Positions 27,281-39,100 of a stretch of DNA of 64,000 nucleotides are shown in pieces. The stretch lies in NCBI RefSeq assembly GCF_964204645.1, contig NC_134029.1:11248850-11312849 (forward strand), read 5' to 3'. The notes beneath the pieces were generated by a model. The model saw nothing but the letters and a program-made list of their open reading frames with translations. It was not told where the DNA came from and ran no database searches. The first letter of the stretch is position 1; every line of letters begins with the position of its first letter. Made by a program: the position numbers and the translations under genes. This DNA is from Tubulanus polymorphus (lineage: Eukaryota; Animalia; Nemertea).

Positions 27281-27971
27281 TGGAAATAATTGAAAATGCT
27301 AGAGTGAATATTCTATGGACTATGGATGAAATAAGGACTATGAATGAAATATTTACAAAGGCATTTAGCGTAGGGAATGTCAACCTCGGTTATTCTGTCC
27401 CTGCTGTATCGTATAAGTGCTAAATATATAGATTGGTTCCATTTTTAAGAAAGTCGAATTCATACTTCTTAATTTCTATTCCGTAGACAAACATGTGATC
27501 CCATTATTCGATTTCTATGTGCAACTTTTTGTGTAATCCATATCAGCTTATAACGTCTGTAGTGAAAAACAGTGTATAGACAGACCACCGTTGTACGCTA
27601 TCAGTCATTGACCTCTATTTAATGATGGGTGCCTGGATTCTTATTAATTTCAAACATTTGTAGCCACACGACATAAAGTACGCAATTTAACAATCTGTAA
27701 ACATGAGTTATAGAGGCTATGCCGTATAGTACCTTATATCACCAAATCCATACCAAAATAAGTTGATCCCGAGTAATATAGATTAGGTTGACCGAGGTTG
27801 ATCGTAATTTCATTGCTTTAACATCATTGAACTTTTAAGTATTGTATGTAAACAATGTGCATATGAATTGTATATACCAGGTAGATTCAAACAACATATT
27901 TATTTTCTTGTTTCAAAGGTTTTCCCTCTCAACAAGAAGTTTGTTGCTCATGGTCCTTCGGGATTAATTAT

Positions 27972-28253
27972 CATGTTGACTGCCAGCTTGATAATATGGT
28001 GCTGCCCCCCCAGGTGCTAAACGAATACACGTGGGTTGGCATTGGAGCTGTTACATAGTCAGCCTTTGTTCCAAATTGACCAATAGGTAGGATGTAGTTT
28101 GTTCATGTTGCCAGCCATACAGGAAGTGTCATTCCTCTGTGGCAGAGTGCAAATATCTTTTGCAGATGTGATGAATCTTTACGAATATATTCGTAGCCGG
28201 GACTGGTGACAGAACTGGGAGTACAAATTAATTCGTAGCTGGCACTCAATGTG
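27972..28253. mobile_element. Small MITE with TTAA-like flanks (piggyBac-like); duplicate at 52620-52901
   Basis: Imperfect TIR catgttgactgccagct / agctggcactcaatgtg, flanked by ttat and ttaa. Confidence 0.55.
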
Positions 28254-28397
28254 TTAAATGTGAATGCTGAACTGACCTCTTTTCATTTTACAGGAGAAAT
28301 GCTTCCACTCTCCTCTCTGAGTATAAACTCCTAATTCCACCAGCCTGGGTTGGGTAGATATGGGGAGGAATGGAGGTAGGCGTTGCTTTTCGACAAA

Positions 28398-28983
28398 AGG
28401 CTTTTCGACAAGCAATGTGACGCCTACCGACGCAACTGGGTTTATCAACGATTAGCGGCCTACGAGAGGCCGCCAGTTGCTGCTCTATCGGTTCGACATA
28501 AGCCGGCTTGCGATGGCAACCCGACGCCTACCGACTCGTCGCAAGCTGTATCCAGCTAGTTGCCCATGTTCTACTCCGGCCTAAGGTAGGCGGACAGTTG
28601 CTATCGATCGCAACTGACATAAGCTCATCTGCGACGTGACGGAACTGAGCGCAGGGGTTCCAGCCAATAAGAGACCGCATATACATAGTTCAAATTATCA
28701 CCGCTAGTTAGCGTCATTCGTAATTAGTCATAAACTTTCAAATTGGAGTAGTTCAAAATGTAAATGCTTTAAAAATGCTTTTTCACTTGACCATTTGAGC
28801 TGTTGCAGTTGCTAGTAATCGCAAACCGACGTAAGCAGGGAAGCAACTGGGAGGATCTCGTATCCCGCTAGTTGGCCTCAGTTGCTGCGAATCGGAGCGC
28901 AGCCGACATGAGATGGGCTGCGATTGCGGTTGCTCTCAGTTGCGTCGGTAGGCGTCACGTTGTTTGTCGACATAAGCCAGCCT
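28398..28983. mobile_element. MITE with long TIRs and internal subrepeats; duplicate at 53046-53631
   Basis: tcgacaagcaatgtgacgcctaccgacgcaactg (28405-28438) / cagttgcgtcggtaggcgtcacgttgtttgtcga (28937-28970). Confidence 0.8.
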
Positions 28984-30604
28984 TTATAGCAGAAGATGAG
29001 CGCTGTGTTTTATGTTTGATAGAATTTGTAATAAATTGTAATTTCTTGTGACCTGATAATACTAAGCAGCAAACTATAGTTATTGGTTGAGGTCTGAATA
29101 TTTTAGTAGTTAAATCCACGATCTACTTACATACGCCGATTTTTTACGGTACCGGTATTTTAGCTTCCCCGGCCATACATTGGAAGAGGTTTCCATGACT
29201 CAATATTCAGCCGCCCTCTGATTGGTGACATCATATGATTTATATTGTAATATTTTTTCATATTGTGAAAAATATTTTTGTCACCGTAAACAAATGTATA
29301 TTTTTGGTCTTATTTGACTACAAAATAAGTCTTTGAAAAGATAAAATACAATATAAACTTCTAGAATTTTGAAGTCACGAAATAGAGTTAGGTTTTTCAA
29401 GCAATGCCCTTGTCCCAAACAGCCTCTAGCTTTTTCAAGGTAAACTACATTTTGCCCATGGGCAATTTATTACTATTCTAATCATTTGATTACTGTTCTA
29501 TAATTCTCGAGATACGACGGGGCCAGTTAAAGTACGAAATATGAAATGAAATTAAGAAATACGAAACGAAATTGTAAAATTTCATTTCGTATTATCCTCC
29601 GATAGACTGGCCGCCTGTCCAATTTTGCGCCACCTGCATTCGCAGTCAGAATAGGACAGGTTTAACCCGTCCGCCATCTCCCGTGGAATATACGGATCCA
29701 ATCAGATTAAAGTATTTTATCACGGGAACAATGTAACATGGCCGCCTACAGAGTGTCTTGATTTACTTTCCATGGGCCTCTTAAAAGTCGACTTTTAGCT
29801 CTCGAGGAACGGGAGAGCTATTACGAGCGTGTCGGCATCGTGTCGTGTATGTTTACGGTGAACCAAAGCACACCAATTTTACAGTCATTGAGTTAACTAA
29901 AGATCCAATTACTGGGGTCAATACGCTGCAAAAATAAATCTGGCAACTTTGTATTCAAGGTTATTTCACATTATATTGGGTTGAATGGTGATAGAAGCTG
30001 ATCACAATAATATCAAGATTTTTGAATAATATTTTATCAATAATTCGTACGGATGAATTCATTTTTTACAAGGTGAATAAATATGCGGATGACTACATCA
30101 GTTGGCGTGAACGGGCACCTTGCACCAAGGGTCGGTACCGTAGCGGTCTTAAATTTGGAAAGTCAATGGGAGTCTTTAAATTTGAAAAGTTAGCAGACAA
30201 TGGTCTTGAAAGCCTTAAATTTTTACAGTTGAAACCAAAATTATCGCCGAGTTGTATGGCATTGTGGCGTGCTTTTATTCATTTACTGCAGACGGCGACA
30301 GTTGGCATCTCGAGATTCCTCATTAATGGGGTGCATCGCAACAACCAATCAGAGCTACGCGCACATGCTACGAGTCCCGTCGATGGACTGTTAAGTAACA
30401 CATTTTCCTTGCCATCTTGTATTCTAAATCTATATTGTATGAAAATAGAAATATTAATTTGAAAATATTTTGCATTCTAAAATGGATTTTTGGTGCACCA
30501 GTGCTTATTTTGTTGAATAAAACGTGTGTATGAATATTCGGATGAATTTTACGCACTACCCATTTTATATGCATACAGAAAATACCGAACAGGTGAACAA
30601 GTAT

Positions 30605-31260
30605 TGTTTAGGATCAGTTCGACACGGCTTGTCCATAGCGATCCCGTCTTCGTATGGGCATCGTGTGGGGAGAATGAGCATTGTCGCATGGACAGTAAAT
30701 ACGAGTAAAAACAAACGACAAAATTTATATCAGCAACTTTTAATGGCTACCACCGTAACACAACAACAACAATGCGCGTGCGCAAAGGAGGCATGACAGA
30801 AGCATGTCGGGAACTATAAATGAGGCGGTAAATTCAAACTTGAATTAAACATAAACTTTCCCGACACACTCCGGCCACGCGTTTATACAACTGAACATGT
30901 AATACAACATAACATTAGTCAAGTGATTGCTCTTTTATGCGTTCCATCGCCCGTATAGCAGCAGCACGTTTGGGTCTTGCAGCTGCTGACACTGGTTGAT
31001 CGTTAACCCGATCGAAAATCACATCTCGTTCCTTTTCATCACACGACATCTCGAGCGGGTACAGCGGCGATACAGGGCGATTTGTATAACCCTGACTCGT
31101 TCTAATACCGGCGACTCGAACTACGCCATCGGGCATTGGGTCCCGGGTATAGTCTTGTCACAACTGCCATCTTCCAATACAGACGGTCTGTATTGTCTGC
31201 GTGCACCAGTACAATCTCACCAACCTCGCACAACTACTCCGACGAGGAACGGTCAAGCTC
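30605..31260 (-). mobile_element. BEL/Pao LTR retrotransposon 3' remnant (integrase C-terminus plus 3' LTR 30605-30866); duplicate at 55253-55908
   Basis: Minus-strand VGEIVLVHADNTDRLYWKMAVVTRLYPG/DGVVRVAGIRTSQGYTNRPVSPLYPLE...RPKRAAAIRA is the typical BEL/Pao C-terminus; then ggccggagtg and a TGTCGG...AAACA LTR that interrupts a host repeat. Confidence 0.88.
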
Positions 31261-32197
31261 ATAAAAAATGAAAAAATAAATTCTCGCACACTCGAATTTA
31301 TTTTTATTTTTTACTCGCCCGCCCCTTCAACCTTTGATATGAACCCCCATTATCCCTATTTATTACTCTTAAAATTAAATCTAATAAACTAGATTTACAG
31401 TTATATTTAGATCAACTGGTTAAAGCAAAGACATTTGTTGAATTATGGAATAGTATTTCACAGAATCAACCACAATTCTGAGGTTTAAATCAGTGGTTAG
31501 AAAACCGGCAACTCTATTTGAGCCTTGTATGTATATAATACATAGTTTTTGCTTACTAAAACATCTGTTACATTTCAATTGTAAAGAATTGATTTCATTA
31601 TGCCTATAAATTCACAGCTGTCAAGCGTTTCCATGACGCCAGACATGTTGAGTCATAATAAACCGCAGATGCATAAGATCATTCTGGAAGGCGCGCCCGA
31701 ACTGAATAGATGATGTATACAGAACTCATAGGATATTCTATCTCGAAACGCAATTACGAGTTTACAGTTTACAGTTCTAAATCTAAATGTAAGTACCGTT
31801 TTTTGTAGTTATCATGAAGTAGGGAAAGGGGGCTATTAAATATGAAACCTTTAAATATATTTATATTTAGTATATACTTTAGATAGCTAGAGTAACCACT
31901 AATATCTTTTAGATTAATAAAATGTCATACGCATCAAGAAGCGATAGAGAAACTCAAGATACTCTTTCTGAGGAATCGATAGCAATGGATATCGAACCAA
32001 TAGAAATTGGCGTAGAAGCACAAGAAACACAAAAGATCAACGAAGAAACTATATAAGAATTTAAAAAACATTAAGACTACTCCAAAAATTCCAATGATTA
32101 AATTTAACATTTGTTGATGTAGTTAAATATCTACCGACAATTGAAAAAATGTTTGTAATTATAAATTGTATTTATAGAAATCAAATGATGTATTGGA

Positions 32198-32390
32198 TGA
32201 AACGACCGAACATGCATGCGTATTGATCAAAAGGGCGCCTGTATGCCCGCTTTTGATCAGTGCGCATGCGTTTGAATTTTCTATGTTCGGTCGTTTCAAT
32301 TTTACAAAATAAATATATAATTATGATAGGCGCATGCGTATTAAGCAAAAGCGCACCTGTATGCCCGGTTTTGCCCAGTGCGCATGCGGC
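32198..32390. repeat. GC-richer nested inverted-repeat island upstream of the HNH gene; duplicate at 56846-57038
   Basis: 16-bp perfect IR tgaaacgaccgaacat / atgttcggtcgtttca encloses a hairpin with arms of about 20 bp; a second related hairpin lies at 32330-32390. Confidence 0.8.
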
Positions 32391-32539
32391 ACGGATATTG
32401 CAAATGGTATGATTTTGATATCAAGGAACCGAAATGACTTATCAAAAGCAGCGAGGAATGAAAAAGGATGACGTTAGTCGAAGAAATGGAAGAGGATTCT
32501 AAAATGTTAATCAATTTTTAATAAAAATATATATTATAA

Positions 32540-33239
32540 ATGGAGCCGGAACAATCACAAACTCTCAATATTACAAACAATACTGGCGTTATAAATATTT
32601 ATCAGAAGACATGTTCTAAATGTAAAATAAATAAACAACTCTCGGAATATTATAATTATAAAACTCAGAAAGATGATAAGCAAAGTTATCGTAAAACGTG
32701 TAGTAAACTAAGTGACAAACAAAATTATAGAAATAATACTGAAACACGCAAAGATAAAAATAAGCAATGGAAAGAAAATAATAGAGAACATTATAATGAG
32801 TATATAAAATAAATATCATAAAGAAAGATATCAAACAGATCTAAATTTTAAAATGAAACAATGTTTGAGAAATAGATTATCAAAATTATTCAGTAAAGAA
32901 ACGCATTCAGAAACACTAACAAATTTATTGGATTGTTCAGATGAATTTCTCAAATCATGGATTATATATCAGTTCGACGATAAAATGAATATAGATAATT
33001 ATGGCGAATACTTTCATATTGATCATGTGTTACCGATATCTAAATTTAACATGAAGGATGAATACAATAAAAAACTAATTTGGAATTGGAAGAATCTAAG
33101 ACATCTTGAAAAGAAAGAAAATAAAATTAAACATGACAAACTAGATTTACAGTTATATTTAGACCAGTTAACAAAGGCAAAGAAATTTATTGATCAATGG
33201 AATAATGATCCAAATAATGAACAATACGTTGAGTCTTAA
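32540..33239 (+). pseudogene. HNH/endonuclease VII-like protein of large-DNA-virus type, one frameshift near 32810
   Basis: N-terminal KTCSKC...YRKTC Cys cluster; C-terminal YGEYFHIDHVLPISKF...WNWKNLRHLEKKENKIKHDK. Confidence 0.8.
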
Positions 33240-33486
33240 ATAAGTGGTTAAAGATTAATATATCTCAAATAAAAAATATTTAAAAAACAATAACTTCAAC
33301 TAGCTAGTGAATTCTATTATAATTTTAATATTTTCTTTTGCAATTCTTGTTAACACTAGATTAAATAGATTTTGATAAGATTCGAATAGAAATTCTTTAT
33401 TTTAACTAAGCTTGTATTTAAAATTCTTTAACTTAACTAGCTAGTATTAAAATATTATATTTTTTTCGCTTTTTTCTCCTATATAA

Positions 33487-34096
33487 ATGTCAAAGAAATC
33501 TAATAAGAATAGTATTAATATTGAAAAAACATTAGATGATTTGGGCATTAGTGATAATAAGGATATTCCAACCAAAATTAAAAAATAATATTAATTGTAA
33601 TATTGATTATGAATACTACTTATATTGTAAGCACCATCTTGAATTACTAATTGCTAGCGGAAAGTGTAAGCAATTTTTAACTAAGATTATTAATTTTCAA
33701 GAACTAGATGCCATGAAACCAGATAAAGTAATAAAATATTTTAAGATTTATGAAGAGTCAAGATTAGCTAGAATAAATGATTCTATTTCAGATGGTATTG
33801 TCATTTGTTGTTCAAAATTATGTAACCGGTTAATGTCAATTGATGATGAAAATAAATTATATAGTGATTTGAAAAATGACTACTTAGTTATGAGTGAATT
33901 ACAAAAATGGGTCGGATACGCTTCATTCCAATTAGGATCGGTTATGACATTAATTTCTACTGGTGTCATAACATTTTCGAATATCAAGCCTATGGAATAT
34001 AAATCAGGTAAGAACGAAACAGATGGGGCCGTACGACACCCAAACGGTGAAACAGAAAATGAATCCGAACAAAAATTAACTAGAATAAATGAGTGA
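33487..34096 (+). pseudogene. Conserved Polinton hypothetical protein (frameshift near 33580)
   Basis: TAAATG start at 33487 (MSKKSNKN...) joins the 33536 frame; LIASGKCKQFL...YEESRL...SIDDENKLYSDLKND...FQLGSVMTLISTGVIT recalls an ORF common in invertebrate Polintons. Confidence 0.65.
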
Positions 34097-34472
34097 TGAT
34101 GTTGCCGTACGGCACCCACACGGTGATGCCAAGAAAAAGCCTAGATCCGAGAAACAAATTAAATGGGCAAGAGAATTAGATAAAAGATCTGCAGAATTAA
34201 AAAAAGCTAAGAAAAAGAAATGAACTGATATAAATGAATCACCTGATATTAATTCAAATAATAATCCATCTAATGCTTCTAATGCTGGAAGTAATAATAA
34301 ATTATATATTACAATTGGATAAGTAACAGTTATTATATTCTCTGGTGTAATATATAAATATAAGTATAAATCTGATGATAATGATTCCGATGATCGGAAA
34401 CCTATTATACCAGAAAATAAATCAAATGATTAAGTCATTGAAACTAAATCTAAATTATTATTAATGGATTAA
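34089..34472 (+). pseudogene. Small basic/transmembrane Polinton protein with in-frame stops
   Basis: MSDDVAVRHPHGDAKKKPRSEKQIKWAREL...LYITIG*VTVIIFSGVIY; extra TGA at 34221 in this copy only. Confidence 0.6.
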
Positions 34473-34478
34473 AATAAG

Positions 34479-35590
34479 ATGAAAAAAGAACAATATTTAA
34501 GAGAGTTATATTATAACCCAGAAAGTGAAGTATCATATTCTAGCGTTTCAGAATTATGGGATAAAATTAAATCTGATAAAGAAAATGGTGCCGTATGGCA
34601 CCCACATGGTGATATAAATATAGTGAATTAAGATTATGGTTACAAAATCAACCAACATATCAAATCCATAAGAAAATGGACAAAACTTATTTAACAAGAA
34701 AAGTTATGGTTTCATATATCGATCAACAATGGCAAGCAGATTTAATTGACATGAAGAACTTAGAAGAACACAACAAAGGATATTTCTGGATATTAAATGT
34801 TATAGATATATTCAGTAGATACGCATGGTCAATTCCAATCAAAAATAAAACTGGTATAGAAGTTACAAATGCTTTTTAAGAATATATTTAAAGAAGCTAT
34901 TCCAGGTAAGATACAATTTGATGAAGGTAAGGAATTCTATAACAAACATTTTAAAAAACTATTATCTGATAACGATGTAGAATATTTTTCAACACACTCA
35001 GATAAAAAAGCATCTATTATAGAAAGGTTTAATAAAAAATTGAAAACTAGAATGTGGAAATATTTTACTGCTAATGAAACATATAAATATATCGATGTGT
35101 TAGATGATTTAGTGAAAGATTATAATAATTCTAAACATAGTTCTATAAATATGAAACCTATACAAACTAGAAAAGAAGATAATTCAGAAATAGTTTGGAA
35201 TAATTTATATGGTGCGTTTGTTACACATGATTTTGGAGAACATAATTTAAAATAGGGCAACATGTAAGAATATCTAAATATCGAAAAACATTTTATAAAG
35301 GTTATACCCCAAATTTTACTGAAGAAATATTCAAGATTAAAAAGATAATATTACCTAAACCATTTTTGTATAAATTAGAAGATTTAAAAGATGAAGAAAT
35401 ATTAGGTTATTTCTATGAACAAGAATTATCACTTGTACCAAATCCAGATGAAATAGAATACAAAATAGAAAAGTATTGAAAACAAAAACTCTTAAAAGGA
35501 AAAAAGTATTCTTTGGTGAAATATAAAGGGTATGATGATAAATTTAATGAATGGATTTTATCTAGTAAAATTAAAAGAATAAATGAATAA
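34479..35590 (+). pseudogene. Polinton retroviral-like (rve/DDE) integrase with C-terminal chromodomain, about 4 frameshifts
   Basis: QWQADLIDM...IDIFSRYAW, IQFDEGKEF, KASIIERFNKKLK, YNNSKHSSINMKP, FKIGQHVRISK, YKIEK/VLK...SLVKYKGYDDKFNEWI. Confidence 0.93.
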
Positions 35591-36140
35591 AGATTTATTT
35601 ATATTTGAACCGCATAATATGTTAGTTACTGGAGTAACCAACTGTGGTAAAACACATTTCATATTAGATTTGCGAGAAACTATTTATAAGAATCATTTTG
35701 ATAATATAATATTATTCTGTCCTACTTATGAAATGAATAAAACATATAATAGAGATATAGTTAAGATAAAAAAGTTTATTATATTAGATCCTAAAACAGT
35801 AAAAGAAAATTTAGATAATTGTATTAAAATAGCAATTGATATTTATAAAGGATCAAATACATTATTCATTATAGATGATTGTGCAAATTTACATGATTCA
35901 AAAGTGAGAGAAAGTGAGTTATGTTATCTAGCTTTCTCTGGGAGACATTTTGGGATAACAACATGGGTTTTAAATCAAAAATATAATTCAATTGTTAAAG
36001 ACTTTAGGGAGAATATAAGATTTCTAGTTTTATTCTACAATAAAGATAGAAAAGCTATGCAACAATCATCGGTAGAAAATCAAATTATACCTACTGAATT
36101 ACATGATGAATATATGAATAAATCAAAGAATAATAAATAA
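35583..36140 (+). pseudogene. A32/FtsK-like packaging ATPase, C-terminally truncated by the duplication junction
   Basis: Walker A GVTNCGKT, Walker B FIIDD, SGRH motif; 185 aa versus 203 aa in copy 2. Confidence 0.88.
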
Positions 36141-39100
36141 TTGGTTCTCGGGTTAAACGACGTATACTTGATGCGATTGAAGACATGACGAACCTCCGTC
36201 GATGACATGGTCATTTCTGTTTAAATTCGACGAAAAACTGTTTTTGGCGGGAAAATTCTTAGCTCTTGCGTATATAATTGCAATGACCTCGATTGGGGGG
36301 CGTCGTCTCTACGAGCGAATGTGATTGGCTGTTTTTGGGTTATACGGGGAATTCCGGCGCTACTAAAATAATTATGGGGAAGCCATTTATGGCGAACGTT
36401 TCATTGGACTAGGTGCGAATTTTAAATGCTCATTGCTGGTGGGAATATAATTATTTCACATATCGCCATAGGTATTGTTTCATTTTAATACCCGGTGATT
36501 GTGTTGATTGAGATTGAAGTGAAGCGAACGTTCACTACACAAGGCTGCAAATTAGAACATAAATATGAAAAATAATGAAATATGAACATTTTGGAACAAC
36601 ATGCAGGACCCAATGATGTAAGCGGGCAGGTGATGGATCAAGCAGACAGAGATACTCCTGCCACAACAATTTTATTGTCCAATATTGCGTCTGATACCTT
36701 TTCGCTGGGCGCAGCCGTGGGCGCAGCCATTTCGAATATATAAATTAAATTAGTATTGTTTATACTCGACGCATGCGGACTGATTCTGAAACCGGCAGCA
36801 TTGCCACAGGATTAGGCGCACACTCAGGCGAACTTGCCACGCGGTGTCAAAAATATCAAACAAGTTTGATGTCGGCGTCAAAGCCGACGCCTGAAAATAT
36901 CACCTGCACACTAGGTGGAATAATGGCTGCTTACAGTGTGCAGGCAACACTACAAAGGCCGTCCCTTCGTGAGGTTAAATGGAGAATCCAATAGGGTTAC
37001 AAACCAAGGTCCTAATGATGTAAACATACAAAAAGACAAACAAGCAACCATCAGCCTCAGTGACACCAATGCCGGCATCGCTCTGTGTGACGTTTTGCAT
37101 GCGTACGTTTGTCCGGTTGATCTACCTATAATGCATCAGAGTATTTTGCATTCAGAAAGATCGTTCTGTTTTTGTTTTCATTATTCAGCAACAGTTCATG
37201 CAAGAAAAACCAGTCAGTCTAGATTACCCTTACAGTTATATGTTGAATACGAATCTTGTGTAGGCGAAAGTGCCGAAATTGTTGTATTAAATGGATTTTT
37301 TTATACAAATCTTTATTGATATAAATCTCTTGGCTGGGACATGATGGAAACATCAGAAAAAAATTAGTTTCATCTTGAACAGAATCGCGGTTTAACAATA
37401 CAAATAGCGTAGGTTAAATCATTTGGCAAAAAAATGAAATTCATTCAATTCTTAAGTTTGTGGCCCTCAATCAACATCGATGTAAAGCATTAACCACTTA
37501 TTACCTTACCACAGTATAATCTACCAATGCTTCAAGGCCCATGGTCCTCTTTGTTTGTTGCCCTTTTCTGAAGTTTAGCAATATAGTAATAGTAATTTAT
37601 TTTCATCATCAATTTGATCGAAACATAATTACAAATACAATGCACAACGAATAGGTAGATTATTGATGCCCATAAGGTTTTTTGGCAATTTGAACATGCT
37701 CTTTCTGGAATACTTGGCAATATACTATTGAGTCGTGTCTGTTCCTATTTAGGAAGTTATTTTGGTAATATAGATTGGAATTTTTGGAAATATATTTTGC
37801 GCTTACAGGATTTCTATACATTTGTTTCTATATATTAATTTTTAGTGCTCTTTTCTGAATAATTGGCAATATGACATGCCCTTAAGGATTTTTGGCAATT
37901 TGAACAATTTTCGTGAATATTTGACACTATTATTGAGACAAATTAAAGTGGGCGCACGTGCCACAGGTGTGACCCCCTGTATCTGTCCCTGGATTGCTAT
38001 AGGCCTAATAAGACAATTGAACACTGTGGCGCTAGCAAATGGTACTTACCTTTCCCACACATTGAATTCAATTTGAATATTTTTCATGAATTTTTATGAA
38101 AAAGGGATCTCTCGGAAATCAATTAACACTAGAGATCATCGTCAGTTGTGACGATACACCTGACGATCATCTTTTGTATCATTTTTATGGTCGAAGACCA
38201 TATAGGCATTGTCGCTAGTAAAAATCATGCCGTAGTATCTTTTCTGCCATGGATATAGTCCCATAATGCTGTATCATATAGAACTGATAATCCAATGAAA
38301 GATGGTCTGTAACACGTTATTTGCCTGTATCAACACGTCATTTGCCTGTATCCAAGATCCTAGCTACGACTATCATGGCCTGTTGTTCTTAGGTTCCAAA
38401 AATCATGATCAATTATGGAAAGTTTTGAGGCGCATGAAGGGCCTACATGTCAGTGAATTGTCTGTATCGGTTTTATCTGGCAATGAAGTGTTATTCTCAT
38501 CATTATCCTCACAGGTGCTCGCGTACTGATACCTTCATACGTAGTTCATAGCAACTGCACAGTTTGTGGTTTATACCGGAGAGGATCGTAAGTGTTGTCT
38601 CTGCAGGGTTTGTCGGTAGCTAGCCTGGATTTATTTCTTGAAAGCACTTTGAGTGCGGGATTTTCTTCATGAAAATTACCAGTAATGCGAATATGCTGTA
38701 CTCTCGGGAATAGCCCAAGTCAGCACATATAGTAGTATGGAGACACTAGTGCTGTATATGCACAGCGAGGTAAGCAGCTGCGTCCCGCCTCGTATATAAA
38801 CACAGGCCGACTCGGATTGACTGATGAAAAATAAACTTAGGCGCACGGTTCCCACGATCGTTAAAAGATAGTCCATTACTCTTTATCGGGGAAAAAATTG
38901 TACAAGCCTACACTGTATCCATGCCAAGATGAAAGCATAAGACGTGAAGCCTAAAGGGGGAAGTTCTGAGGATTTTTGGAGCCATTTTAAGTGCATTCTT
39001 ATGTTATGTGGTCTTTGTCGTAATTAAAACTACCGCTTAGTAGTAGTGCCTGTCACGTGAACTTCATTCATTCATTTAAAGCATCACACACACAGTGAAC

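Larger units (their letters stand above)
10015..36137 (+). repeat. Tandem segmental duplication, copy 1
   Basis: 10015-10790 recurs at 36140-36915 (offset 26125); 12276-36137 recurs at 36924-60785 (offset 24648); the ORF track repeats in the same order. Confidence 0.97.
31261..36137 (+). mobile_element. Endogenous Polinton/Maverick (adintovirus-like) element, left part, truncated by the duplication junction
   Basis: Shift to very AT-rich, intronless, tightly packed ORFs including integrase and packaging ATPase; left boundary approximate, no canonical TIR seen. Confidence 0.9.

Noticed and set aside
7-30800. Dozens of 60-150 aa ORFs in the supplied track (e.g. 11693, 12252, 16331, 18760, 19905, 23103, 30022)
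   Set aside because: They lie in introns or repeats, show no recognisable motifs and often start at non-ATG codons; only those overlapping FIP1L1 exons reflect real coding sequence.
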